A DNA stretch of 64,000 nt, taken from contig JASCQW010000043.1 of assembly GCA_030264375.1 (NCBI GenBank), positions 58,920,289 through 58,984,288 on the forward strand. Direction: 5' to 3'. This stretch comes from Carcharhinus longimanus. Its lineage: Eukaryota. Positions 50,040 through 63,385 of this stretch are shown piece after piece. The notes beneath the pieces were generated by a model. The model saw only the letters and a program-made list of their open reading frames with translations. It did no database searches and was not told the origin of the DNA. The first letter of the stretch is position 1; every line of letters begins with the position of its first letter. Position numbers and translations under genes: made by a program.

Positions 50040-51560
50040 TGTCATGTATTGTAATGACATATGTTCTTGAGCTTATTTGTTGTATAAGACACAAGGTGCC
50101 CATCACTCATATGGGATTGGGTAAACACGTTGTTGATTCATTTATTAAGACTGTAGACACAATGAGATCAGTTTTACATAGTTGTAAAGCTTGGAAACAT
50201 TTGGAGTTTGTGTACTTGATCTGGTCAAAGCAAAATTAAAACAAAGATAGGATCACATGACACATTTTCCTTGCAGTGATGCCATGCTCATATCCGTTGA
50301 AAGCATGTTACAACACCCCCTTTTAAAGATGATTTCCACCCTTGCAAAATAAGTATAATTATTTGCAATACTCATTCATGTTCAGTTACCATCCCATAAA
50401 TTACATAATGTCATGCAGTGAATCTGCATGACATTAAAGCATAAAGGTAATTTGCTGATGTTTCTAGATCTTTAACTGTTCACAGTGACCTAGGGGATTG
50501 TCATTCTTGGATGTTGTTCCTGGTTTGGGATCTTGTCCGAGATTCAGTAGGAATCTCTGGTATTTGAGGAGCTGGATTGGATCTGATTTGTCTTTCGTTG
50601 TGCCTCACCATTTCACCTTTTCTGTGCAATGACTTTAAAGGACCTTGGTTCTGAACAAATCTTTCTCACTTCAGCTGATTGCCATGTACCTTCAGTGGGG
50701 TTCTGAATCTAAACTTCAGCACCATCTGTAAACTTGGCAGTTCTATACCTGTATTTTGATTATGCACACTGGTTATCTTCACTTGTAATTTTTAAAAGTT
50801 GCTCAGTAGTTTCTGAGAGAGTTGGATGGGTAAGTGTATGTAAATTGTTATGTCGTGCTCCACAGTGATAGCTACACTTCAAGATGTTGCTTTCAGGTGT
50901 AACACTGTAATGTGAAGATCTTACTCGGTCTGTCTACATTTGAGAATTAAGGATTTCTCCATGTAAATCATTCAGCGAAGCCATTAGAACTAAGGTAATG
51001 TGGAGTGTGATTGATATTTCACTTCTCACATACATCCTAAAATGGCTTACCAATAAACTATAGACCATTTTCCATGACAGTCGCTCTAGGCTCTCAAACT
51101 AAACTGACAAAATCACTTAAAGTATGCATGACGCTTGTGCCTGAGGTATGTACAATTGTCAAATAATTGCATACTTAGTAAAGTAGTACACAATGACAGT
51201 GAAGGGTCATGGATATGAAAGAGTTTGGTTGTGATTTTGGACCAAGGATGGGTAGGATCTTCATATGGAATCAATGATGCTTCATGACGATCTTGACGTG
51301 CCTCTCGGTTCTTGACAATGGTTTCAATGTTGTTGCTCATACCCAGCCAATATACTATCTCTCTCATCTGATGTATAGCCATGTGTGCATAATGAGGTTG
51401 TTGAGGATATTGGGTTGCAAAGCTTCAACTTGGAAACAAACTTATGAGCTTTGGGCATTACAATAACTCAATTTAAAAATGACCAACTCTAATGGCCAAT
51501 TCCTTAGTTATCTTTTTAGTTCATAGATCTATCTTTACTCCCACTACACCCCTCCACCAC
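50040..51560 (-). mobile_element. Gypsy integrase remnant with PPT and probable 3' LTR (50040-50315)
   Basis: ORF REIVYWLGMSNNIETIVK...LIPYEDPTHPWSKI is the integrase N-terminal region. Minus-strand AAAAGGGGG precedes TGTTGTAACA...CATGACA. Confidence 0.8.
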
Positions 51561-53416
51561 TCCTAATTCAGGTGATATAATCCAGATCTTTCCTCAAACA
51601 ATGTACTGGAAGAATAATATTGCAGTCCAGCTACTTCCAGTCTGGAAGCGACCAACCAGTCACCAATCACTGACTTCAATGCAGATTTTTTTCCTTTCCA
51701 GTGGGAAGAACCTGAACAAAGAGTTTTCTCAGGTTTGTTCCTGATTTGTTCTGGTAATTACTGGCAGAAGTATGGCACAATTAGACAAGATTATGGCTGC
51801 ATGCCTTGCAAAGTTACAGCAGTGAAATTGGTGCTGCTGTGAGCAATTTCCAGCCAGGGTTTCCACTTTTGTCCCCTTGGAGTTAACAGCTTACTGCGCT
51901 GGTGACATAATTTACCTATGCATCTTCAAAGTACTTTCTACTTCAAAATATATAATTGGACATCAATGCAATAAATATTTCCGCTGTCCAACTGCAGAAT
52001 GCAGAAACTCTGTACAATGAAACTTCTCTGCACATCTCCAACAGCAGTCAGTGCTTTGTGTGTAACTGAAACTATGGCATGGTAATAAAAACCCTGCTAT
52101 GCTTTCACTTTTAAATGTATTATTCATAAAAGATGAAAGGTGCATGTCAAAGCCTTCTCTTGCACTGAGAAGCTTAACTCCAATTTTCTTGCCTTGGGAA
52201 TCAAGAAATGCAAGTGAAATGCAAGTGTGCTTGCTACCAAACCTGATTGCAATGATTTCAGACTTCACTGCCAACAGTAGGTTAGGGAAACTACCTGGAT
52301 TGCTACCTGTGGATTTCTTTGAACAAGCTAAGTATGTCTTGTTGCTGATGAATTATCTCTAGTCTAACAACTGTAATAAAACTGTAATGTTGCAGAAAGG
52401 CTGAGAATAGTGAAATAGACACTAATTGAAAGAACACCTTTGAAAACTTGAAGATTGAATTTATTTCCAGCTGTTGTGACGATCAGTGCTTCGAATTGCT
52501 GCACACTGGAGATTATTCTAAATCAGAAAATAACCAGACTGGGCAGCTGGTACTGTTCATAAATATTTAGAAATATATCAGCTCTAGTTATTTTTTAATG
52601 CTACATCTTCCTACATGNNNNNNNNNNNNNNNNNNNNNNNNNNNNNNNNNNNNNNNNNNNNNNNNNNNNNNNNNNNNNNNNNNNNNNNNNNNNNNNNNNN
52701 NNNNNNNNNNNNNNNNNATGGACACAGTTTAATGGAAAGGAGATGACAATTGAGAAGAAAAATCCCTGTGAGGCAGACATGGACCATTCTTCCATTTTTT
52801 TGCCTTTTCCCCAGTGTTGAAATGTCTTAATAGGAATTAGCTCCCAAAACAACTTTGTAATGACTTCTTATAGGCCTGGCCTCATTGAATCTTTGGGAAT
52901 TACTCGGCTCGCTCTAACAAAAGAGATTAAGCAATGCATATTGCATTCAGAAGTGAATGATGCGGCAAATTTTTCATTACCATGTCACGGTTTCATTAGC
53001 ACCCAAGGCCCTGCTGCTAGTGAGAGCTGTGTTAGAATAGTCGTGTTGTACAGAGCTCCTGCAAAGTGCAATTGCCATCATAAAATCTATTGCATTGATG
53101 TCCATCTTTTCTAACTGGGGACCAATTACGTGGATAGAAGTGGACTGCACGTTGTAAAGCGTTAATGAGGGTCACCCAGTACAAAAAGGCAAGCCGTATT
53201 CATATAAATGTGAGACTACAGGGGAAAGCAAACTGCCTAGAGGATAGCTCCACAAAATACTAGTGTCTCCTTGACTCTTGTTCTTCTTTCCTGCTTATCT
53301 CCCAATTCCTTCCAATCGTCATCCCCACTTTTTCAATCTGCTAGCTCTCCCATTTTCATTCTGTCTCTATTTTCCTCCCTTTTGGTGTCTTCTCTATTTT
53401 TTGTCCTCCTCCCTTC

Positions 53417-53830
53417 TAAGAACATAAGAAATAGGAACAGGAATAGACTATACAACACATTAAGTTTGCTCATTAATTTAACAAAATCATGACTGATACT
53501 CAACTCAATTCCACTTTCCCACCTGACCTTCAGGGTCTAAAAATCTATCAATCTCAGCCTTGAGTATATTCTATCACTGGGCATCCAAGACTCACTGGCA
53601 CAGTGGATTCCAAAGATCTACAACCCTTTCAGTGGAGAAATTTTGCCTTCTCCCAGTCTTATTGTGAGACTACATCCACTTTCTTCCATTCAAGGTTGCA
53701 GCATTTTCTGTTTTTATTAAACTAATCTGCTTAGATGTCTCACAATTGTACATATGTCGATGTGATTACCTTTCATTTCTCTGAACTCCAAAGAGTGGAC
53801 ACCCATTCTACTCTCCTCGTAGGACAAATC
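53417..53830 (-). mobile_element. Old CR1 3' end
   Basis: Tail TAAGAACATAAGAAATAGGAACAGGA and LSYEE..GVHSLEFREMKG. Confidence 0.8.
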
Positions 53831-54939
53831 TCTAATCACAGAATCTTCAGTGCACCACTTCATTCNNNNNNNTCTTTTGTCAGTTTTTTTCACCCTCTTC
53901 CCTGGTAGCATTTTTCTTCTCTGTACACTTTCCCTGCATTTTAGGTGCTCGTTTCTCTCTTTTTTTAGAATACAATAGCCCAGATTATCATGCAGTGGCA
54001 CTATTGGCAGCACTGCTGATTTCACAAGTCATGTGCTGACCTCAGTGTTGATAACCTCCTCCATACTTCCCTGAAATTGAATTAGAATACATCACAGTGA
54101 GTATAATAGAATATCATAAGAAGAACATTAAATGTCTAAACCATTGATCCTGCTTCTAATGGTGTGATTCCTTTGTCATCAGGGGTAAAAAGTTAACTTA
54201 ATTACAACGTTAAATGCTCTGCCAACTCAAGATAACATAGGAATTGTTGCCTGCAAATTTATGAAAAAGTTACACATCTTTGTCCCTATAATGTCCCTAT
54301 AATTCAGTAATGAAACAAATCAGTGTAATGAAAGCCAAATGAGTTGCATTTAAATTTGGTTGACTATGTTGGGTGAATTATTTTATCATCTCAAATATCC
54401 ACAAGTCTTACAGCAACGTGAAGAACACTTTTGTGCCTATTTGATTCTTTTCCTCTCAGTTTAAACATACTTGTTGTTAAATCAACTGTAAGATGGTAGT
54501 CGACATGACTGTTTACTGTGGGTGTAAATTTCAGGAAGATTTGTTTGATCTTGTACTTGATCAGAAATCTGTGGCTGTTAGCGATTTAGTGATGTATTTG
54601 AGCAGTTGATCACTGTGAATGGATTCTTCCGTTCCATATGGAAGTTCATAGATTTCAGATGAGAGGGAAAGCAATTGACCTGCCTAATCTTCATACCCGA
54701 CTGCTGAGGCATTGATGTCAATTCGAGCGAGGGATCATTAAAAGATTCAAACTTAAATGAAGTATTATTTTTCATGCATTACTGGCAATCAATTGATTTA
54801 TTCTCCACATGCTAGCAATCTTACTTATCAACTAATTAATCAACTAGTTTAGATACATTCCACATGTTTTAAGGATAATTAACAAAGCAGTGTAAACATT
54901 TATGACTGAGATGGATACCCTTGCATTCAGGTACTGCGT

Positions 54940-55312
54940 ATAGAACAATGAACAATTCAGCACAGGAACAGGACTCTTCAGCCCACCAAGCCTGCACCAA
55001 TTACATTATCCTATCTAGACTAGCCACCTGTATCTCTCTATTCCCTGCCTGTTCCTGTGTCTATCCAGGTAAATCTTAAACGTCATGATGTGTCAGTCTC
55101 AACCACCTCACTTGGCAATGCATTCCAGGCTCTCACCGCCCTCTGTATAAAAAAACTTACCCCACACATCCCTACTGAACCTTTCCCCCATTACCTTGAA
55201 CTTGGGCGCCCTTGTATTGATATTTCTGACTTGGGAAAAAGCTTTCAACTATTCACCGTGTTTATACCCCTCATAATTTTATAAGTTTATAAACATCCAT
55301 CAGGTTGCCCCT
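54940..55312 (-). mobile_element. CR1 3' end
   Basis: Tail AGAACAATGAACAATTCAGCACAGGAACAGG and minus-strand FFIQRAVRAWNALP. Confidence 0.85.
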
Positions 55313-56774
55313 GAATGAAATATTTGAATATCTAAAAATATAAGCAATTGCTCCATGTCCATAAATATTGGACAAAATGTTCACATTTTCAAGGTGAGCC
55401 GTAGAGTCAGTGAGTGGAAGGGAGATGATGAGCAGGAGGATTGGGAAGGAGGTGAGAAGGAGGGGTTGCTGACTAGGAGGGAGCTAATGAGCTATGGAAG
55501 ATTGGTGAGTGGGCAGATTGGTAGGCAGGAGTGTTGGCAAGTAGGATGGTTAATGACTGGGAGGAAGGGGGTGAGCAAGCTGCAGGAAAGATAAGGGGCT
55601 GCATTTTGCAGGCCATACACAAGCAGAAAAACAGTGGGTGAGTCTGTAAATTGGGCCATCAGTGGCATTCCTGTTGTTGGTCCACCTGTACCCATCACCA
55701 CCATGATTTTGCAGGCAGCAGGGAAGGCAACGGTTAGGCTGCTTACCCAAGGTTCTTAAGTGGGCAACTAATGAATAATTAAGGATCTTACCCCACTATC
55801 AATACAATGAGCAGTAGGTGAGGAGGCCTGTGCACAACATAGAGATGACAGGTTTAATGCTACAGGTTGCTGGTCAGTAAAAGAGGCTGAGTGAAGGTGG
55901 TGTCAACTGGAGACATCTCCCATAGTTGAGCTCTCCTTGTCCATCCTCCCCACTACCCTGTCCAACATGTCCCCCCATCCTCCTTACCAGTGCTTGCCAA
56001 CCTGGCCCTGATGAGCCCAAAAGAGTTTTGTGGTATCCATGGTTTCTCTTCCTCCTTGGCCTCTTCCAAGGCTATTGGTGGCTACTGACCCTGGTATGAC
56101 ACAGAATTGTTGGCCTCCAATTGGCTGACAGCTTGAAGAGATAGAACTTCCTCCTAGAGCTAGGTGGAAGTCTAGCTTCAGGCCATTTACACTGTCACTG
56201 AAGAAGTCATGTGGACTCAAAACGTTAACTGTATTTCTCTCTCCAGCATTGTTGCCAGAACTGCTGAGTTTATCCAGCATTTTCTATTTTTATTAAACTA
56301 TCACTCCTGTTGCCAACTGAAGCAGCATCAGGAATGAACAATTGTTCCTGATGCCCTTCAGGTCATTGGCAGGAGCTCAGATCTATCCAAGGCTATATAG
56401 TCTCACTCTGCATTAAAAAACAAAATATCAGCAATTTCCATGGGAATTTTCCAGTGATAAAATTCCAACAAGTGACATTATAATGGGAATTTCACTTTAG
56501 CTTTTGAATATAGCTCTGTGGCATATAAAAAATATAACTTTCTGGCAACAAATCATCCCAGTTCCAATTTGTGATTAGATCATAGTCTAAGTAGGATATT
56601 CGAGTGCTGCCTCCTTAGAGTTGATCGAGGCTTTGTGCAAAGGACTTTTCTAAAACCATGATAGCTCAATTGGTAGATAATAAGGTGTTTAATCTCTGCA
56701 ACAAAAACAGAAAATGCTGGAAAATCTCACAAGGTCTGACACCATTTGTGGATAGAGAAACGAGCCAATAAGTG

Positions 56775-57707
56775 AAGAACAGTACAGCACAGGAACAAGC
56801 TTTTCAGCCCACCAAGTCTGTGCCGACACAGGTGTCTCTCCAATCTAATATTTTCTTGCCTCTTTGAGGTCCATAGCTCTCTGCCCTGCTTTTCCACGTA
56901 TCTATCCAGACATCTCTTGAACGTTGTTTCTGCTTCCACCACCTCCTCCAGCAATGCATTACAGACATTCAACATCCTCTATGTGATAAACTTGCCCCTT
57001 ACATCTCTTTTAAACTTTGCCCCTCTCACTCAATCTATGCCCCCGAGTAATTGACTGTTCAATCCTGGGAAAAAGACTCTGACTATCCACTCTATCCAAG
57101 CTGTCATAATCTTGTAAACATCTATCAGGTTCCCCCCTCATCCTGTGATGCTCCAATGAAAATAATCCAAATTTGCTCAACCTTTCTTCATAGTCCATAT
57201 CCTCCAAACCTGGCACATCCTGGTAAATCTCGTCTGCGCCCTTTCCAATGTGTCAACATCCTTCCAGTCCAAGCTCCTGGCACTAAAGGAATCCCAGTCT
57301 ATGTTGGGGAAGTTAAAATCACCCATCACAACAACCCTGTTATTTTGACACCTTCCCACAATCTGCTGACATATCAATTCCTCCACTCACGCTGGCTATT
57401 CAGAGGTCACTAGGACAACCCCAACTGTGTGATTGCACCAGTCCTGTTACTGAGTTCTACCCATATGGCTCTCTGCATGATCCCACCAAGTTGTCTTCCC
57501 TCTGTGTAGCTGTGACATTCTCCTTAATCAGTAAAGCAACACCTCCACCTCTTTTGCCACCCTCCTGATCGCACCTGAAGCAAATCCTGGAATACTAAGC
57601 TGCCAGTCCTGCCCTTCTTTGATCCAAGTCTCCGTAATTGCCACAACATAATAGTTTCATCTAGTAAACCAAGCTTTAAGTTCATCTGCCTTACCTGTCA
57701 TACTCCA
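56775..57707 (-). mobile_element. Internally deleted CR1: endonuclease joined to RT C-terminus and tail
   Basis: ORF 57177-57386 runs VVVMGDFNFPNIDW directly into KDVDTLERAQTRFTRM. Confidence 0.85.
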
Positions 57708-58598
57708 TTTCCAGAACATTATTTTCATTTTTTTTGTGTAAGGCTTCCAGAATCTACGGTTTTTTTTGCCTTTGTAAGATGCAGGATGCCAGCCTGAGTT
57801 CTCAAAAGACAGTTTTCAATTCTCACAATCAAGTGTCTACATCAAGCACTCTAAAGCACAATCAGACAAAGATCAATACACATACAAAATACTGTGGATG
57901 CTGGAAATCTGAAGCAAAAACAAGTAGTATTGGAAATGCTCAGGTCAGGCAACATCTATGGAGGGAAACAGCATTAACACTTCAGGTCAATGACCTATCA
58001 GAACAGAAAATGGCCGCCCTGAACTGTCTCTGAAAATGTTAATTCTATCTGCACACAGAAACAAAGATTTTATTCTCTGTCAATAAGATTTAACACCAAC
58101 CTCAAAAGGGCATTCCTTATTGCACCACTGCTTCCAGTTTTTCCCACACAGCAGGAGCTGGTTACTATCCTGCCTCTATCATTTCCCACATTATCTTGCT
58201 TTCTGATTGAGTGCCCTTTGTGGGCAGTTTGTGCTTTAAGTTCACATCTTTCATCTGGATTGTGTACCTAAATTAACAATTCTTTGAAGTGGAGGGGTCA
58301 TTTTCATCTCATTTGTCTGGGCTGATTCAAACTCATCCCACAGAGATGAGCAGATTAACTGGTTGCATCATCAATTCTTTCCATCGACCTTTCTATTCCT
58401 GTCAGCACCATTTCACTCCAAGTGTGGACTCTTGTATGTATCTATGCTACATACAGGCTGACCACTCTCCTATAGTCGCCAAAAACAGTAACTGTACANN
58501 NNNNNNNNNNNNNNNNNNNNNNNNNNNNNNNNNNNNNNNNNNNNNNNNNNNNNNNNNNNNNNNNNNNNNNNNNNNNNNNNNNNNNNNNNNNNNNNNNN

Positions 58599-59510
58599 TA
58601 AAATCACCCATCACAACAACCCTGCTGTTTTATATCTTTCCATAATCTGCTGATGTATCAGTTTCTCCATTTCATGCTGGCCATTGGGATGTCTGTAGTA
58701 CAACCCCAACAGTGTGATTGCATTGCTCCTGTTCCTGAGTTCTATCCAGATGGCCTCATTACAAAATCCCACCAGGTGTCCTCCCTCTGTAAAGCTGTGA
58801 CATTCTTCCTAATCAATAAATCAATACCCCCACCTCTTTTGTCACCCTCTCTATTTCACCTGAAGCATCTAAATCTTGGAATGCTAAGCTGCCAGTCCTT
58901 CCTTTCTTTCATTCAAGTCTCTGTAATTGCTATAATATCATAGTTACATGTAGTAATCCAAGCTTTAAGTCCATCTGCCTTACCTGTCATACTCCAGACA
59001 TCCGTCCTGTCATGTTTTATACACTCTCCCTGTGTTTTACTTGTCTTAGCCTTACTAGGCCCATTCACTGAGTTTTCCACAGTCTCTGTACTCCATACTG
59101 GGCCTTTTCTTATTTTTATTTTTGATTTCTCTACCTTCCACATTTCCCTTTACTGCCTTTTGTTTTTATCACCACTTTACTTCCTTTGACTACTTGCATC
59201 GGTTTCCCTATCCGCCTGCCACATTAGCTTAAACCCACCCCAACAGCATGAGTAAACACTGCCCCTAAGACCTTGCTTCCAGTCCTGCCCAAGTGCAGAT
59301 TGTCCGATTTGTACTGGTTCCACCCTTGCTAGAACTGGTTCCCAGGAATTTGAATCTCCCCTCTTGCACCATCCCTCAAGCTATGTATTCATCTTAGCTA
59401 TCCTGACATTCCTACCCTGACTAGCATGCGACTCTGGTAGCAATCCTAATATTACTATATTTGTGGTCCTACTTTTTAGTTTAACTCCTAACTTCCTAAA
59501 TTCAGCTTGT
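58599..59510 (-). mobile_element. CR1 fragment: ORF1 (esterase-like) end and endonuclease start
   Basis: SMTGKADGLKAWITTCNYDIIAITET; ORF1-like VVILGLLPESHASQGRNVRIAKMNT. Confidence 0.85.
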
Positions 59511-60809
59511 CTTAATCTCCGGTTATCATTTCAAATCCAATGTTGGATGATTAACTTTGCCCTAAATACTTTGATCAAAATACTTATTGATTTTTTTTAT
59601 CAAACCGTGTCCTTAAACTAAATATTACAGGCTATTCTTTGCATTGATTCTTTGCATTTTTGCCCTAATTAGATATCTTCACCATTCATTCTGCTGAATC
59701 AGCAGGAGCACTTTCTATGGAAGGAATTGTTGCTAAATGATAAGTGGACTAAATACAAGAATTTGTAATTGCTTCAGGACCGCAGAGAAGAAAAATGGGA
59801 GACTTCAACTTTATTAATAGTTTGTGTCTAGACAATTTGTTTGTTTTATTGCTGTGACTTTGACATTGACACTGCAACTGAGCATGCGCAGGAAGGAGTC
59901 CACCCAGTGACACAAATAAACACAGCCTACTAATTAAAGGGCCATTGCCCAAAAATAAATAAAATGGATCAAGCCGGCCAAGTGGATGTGAGCTTCCCCT
60001 GAAATTTACATTGGTGTGCGGGCAGCCTGCACTCAACATATATTCCAGCCCATTAGTAAGCAAGTTACATGGTGAATCCCACTGCTTTAAGGATTCCAGT
60101 TTTGGCAGGTCACATTTCTGCTGCTGTAAACAAATTTAGGCATCCCAGTAGGAAATTGACACAAGAGCCTTACCCCCCACTACTTGCAGAGCCTCTTAAA
60201 TAAAATGAATGCCAATGCAGAGAGGAGGCAGACCATCAACTGACTAAAGCTGTTCACAATGACCTTGTTTTATTCCTGGACATTGAGTGTAACTATATTC
60301 ATTTTAGACCCCATAGTCTAGTTTATAGAGAATGTGAGGTCTGGTTGATGCTAAGCCCAAATAGTATGCCCAAAAATGCAGACCCAAGAAATCATCTCAT
60401 CGAATGTTGATCAATATTCCATGTAAATGTCATCGCACCTACTCGGGAACACTTGCTGAAACTTAGGAGATAATGCATGTCACCTTGACTATCAGAACTG
60501 CTTATTTTTTAATCTCCTTTCAGGAGAAGACAGATTCTAACAATGTTCAGCTTCAAGGCAAGGATCTCATCAACGTTAGACTTGTAGCCCTCAAAATCTT
60601 TAGCAGACAGAATGTGGGAGTTTATTACTAACTTTGAGTTTTCCTTCTCTTCTTTTCCTTTTGTTCATTTATTGTCAGCAAAGCACAAGCTTTAGCACTT
60701 CAGCATGTCAGTTACAGCCATTCACAAATGCACTGGGAGGGATATGCACAGTATGAGTGAAGGGAACATGCAGTGGCAGGGACACACACAGTATGGGTGA
60801 ACAGAACCA

Positions 60810-61585
60810 GAAAGTGATTTAATTTGACAAGGAAGTATACTATGAAAAGTCTGACACTGGGAAGTTCTGAAGAACAAAGGGACCTTGACGTATTAGTCCA
60901 TAGATCTGCGAAGGAGGAAAAGCAGGTTAATAGTGGTGAAAAAGGCAAGTGGCACACTCGCAATTGGGGTTAAGATTCCAAGAGCAGACAGCTCACAATG
61001 AAGTTGTACTCAACTTAGTTGAGGCTACAGCTGGAGTACTGTGTGCAGTTCTTGTCGCCACATTACAGGAAGGACATGAATGCACTGGAGGGAGTGCAGA
61101 GGAGATTCACCAGGATGTTGTCTGGGATGGAACATTTAAGTTATAAGGAGAAGTTGGATAGGCTTAGGTTGTTTTCTCTGGAGTAGAGAAGACTGAGGGG
61201 CAACCTGATCGAGATGTTCAAGATTATGAGGGGCATGGGCAGAATGGATAGGGAGCAGCTGTTCTCCTTTGTTGAAGAGTCAGTTACGAGGGAACACAAG
61301 TTAAAAGTGAGAGGTGGGAGGTTTCGGGGGGATTTGAGGAAAAACCTTTCTACTTGGAGGGTGGTGACAGTTTGGAATGCACTGCCTGGGAGGGTGGTGG
61401 AGGCAGGATGCCTGACATCCTTAAAAAAGTACCTGAATGAGCACTTGGCATGCCATAACATTCAAGGCTATGGGATAAGTGCTGGCAAGTGAGATTAGCT
61501 GGAAGATCAGGACCTTTCATGCGTTGATGTAGACTCGATGGGCCGAAAGACTTCTTCTGCACTGTAGGATTCTGTCATTCTGTGA
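60810..61585 (+). mobile_element. CR1 (HER1-like) 3' fragment
   Basis: ORF 61214-61492 FKIMRGMGRMDREQLF...TWRVVTVWNALP. Its tail GACTCGATGGGCCGAA..CTTCTGCACTGTAGGATTCT matches the HE1 SINE tails. Confidence 0.93.
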
Positions 61586-62366
61586 TGCTCGTGGGTCAAA
61601 GGAGGATGGACTTGCTGTCTGGTGGACTAGTTTGCATATCAGCCCATAAACTATTGGCACTGGGATCTACACATCACAGGACCAGGTCTAAAAGGAGAAT
61701 GTCTTCAGAATGTCCAGAGTTGGCTTGGTCATTGGACGACACCACTAGTTCCAAGGAACAACTTTGCATTTTGCAACCTCATAGTCTTCCATGGAACACA
61801 TATCAACTCCAGGTTTAGCTATGGTCAAGGTGTCAAGACAGAGACTCTGACAGTGGCTGCTCCTTCTCCCATGCATTGTTAGATTGCTATGAAGGGGCTT
61901 TGTCTTTCCAGTGTTGAAAGGGCTATCTTTTGGTGTTGACAAAATTGGAGAGCAGTTAGACAGAGTTATAAGGCAGGATTTCACCTATCTTTTTGACTCC
62001 ACAAAATCTGCTGCAACACTGATAGTGGCCACAATAAGCAAGTAAGCAACTAGCCAAAATCCAGAAAGAACCATAGACATCGTTCTCCACTAGAGAGCGA
62101 CAATTAGTTATACACATTGGAATGGGCACAGATAATGGTTCTGTCTCTCAAATGCCAACATATCTTGCTCCTCTTGTCAGCTCCCTCTGATTTCTGCCAG
62201 GAAACATGTAAAATTTAGCTACAAGAGTCACAGGACCACACCAGTAACCATGTAAGCAAAAGCAAGATTGTTCTTCACTGACTACACTTTGAAGGAAAGG
62301 CAGTCACGGTGTTTCCCTAAGACAGTTCGAGCCAAGTATATGTCAGATTAGACCATAACATTGAAT

Positions 62367-62737
62367 TGAGTGGCTCAGTGGTTAGCACTGCTGTCTCCCA
62401 GCACCAGGGACCAGGATTCAATTCCAACCTTGGATGACTGTCTGTGTAGAGTTTGCATGTTCTCTTTTTGTTTGCATGAGTTTCCTCTGGGTGCCTCCTA
62501 CAATCCAAAGATGTGTAGGAGTGTAGGTTAGGTGGATTTGCCATGGTAAATTGCACCCCCCCCACCCCCCACAGTGTGTAGGCTGGAAGAGATTAGTAGG
62601 ATAAATGTTCAGGTTTATAGGGATGGTGTGGAGCATGGTGGCGGCTTGGTGGGGGTGCCATGGGACTGGGTAAGATACTCTGTCAGAGAATCAGTGCAGA
62701 CTGAATGGTCTCCTTCTGCACTATAGTGATTCTATGA
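62367..62737 (+). mobile_element. HE1-like V-SINE
   Basis: GTGGCTCAGTGGTTAGCAC head, V-domain, and CTTCTGCACTATAGTGATTCTATGA tail. Confidence 0.9.
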
Positions 62738-63385
62738 TCCTCTTAGGGATTGGTGAAGACTTGCGGTCGGTGCAGACTCAATGGGCCAAATGGCCTTTTT
62801 CTGCACTGTAAGGTTTCTATGATTCTATGACTTGCTTCCACTTCAGGTTCAATGAGTTCTGAAATGGCTAATTAGCCAAATGCATAATCTTTGCCACATG
62901 TGGGACAGCTGTTGCTTAAAAGTTCAGCCACATGAGTTGAGAGGTTTGTGCACTTTCTTAAATGTATCAACATGGCCTTTGCACATTCCTGACAAAAGCT
63001 GGTGATCCTACCGGTATCTTCCCACATAAACCTCTTCTATTTTGGCTGGTGATTTGTCAGGGATTCCCATGAGTCATTGAGCATGTTTTACCTCTCCAGG
63101 AATGCTTTGAGGACATCCCGAAAGCATTTCCAATGCCCACCTCGGAATCTTCCGCATGTCTGAGTTTTGAGTAGAAACATTGCTTCAGGAGTTTGGTGTC
63201 AGGCATGCGAATGACATGTTCTGCCTAGCAGAGCTGGTTTTGAGTGATTAGTGCTCTGATGCTGGGCATGTTGACTTGGGAGAGATTTTACTGAAGGTTT
63301 GCCTTTCTTGACACTGGAATTGGAGGATCAGGTGGTAAGTCTCCAGTGATTTGAAGTGTCAGATGTACACATCAGGTAATCCAAG
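62738..63385 (-). mobile_element. RTE LINE 3' end (with a short retro-tail inserted at 62765-62828)
   Basis: Minus strand reads MPSIRALITQNQLC*AEHVIRMPDTKLLKQ (the LRWAGHV.RM motif) and a CPTCGK knuckle. Confidence 0.85.

Noticed and set aside
54555-54775. Minus-strand peptide-like frames (SSEIYELPYGTEESIHSDQLLKYITK)
   Set aside because: They are short, with no supporting splice signals or recognisable homology.
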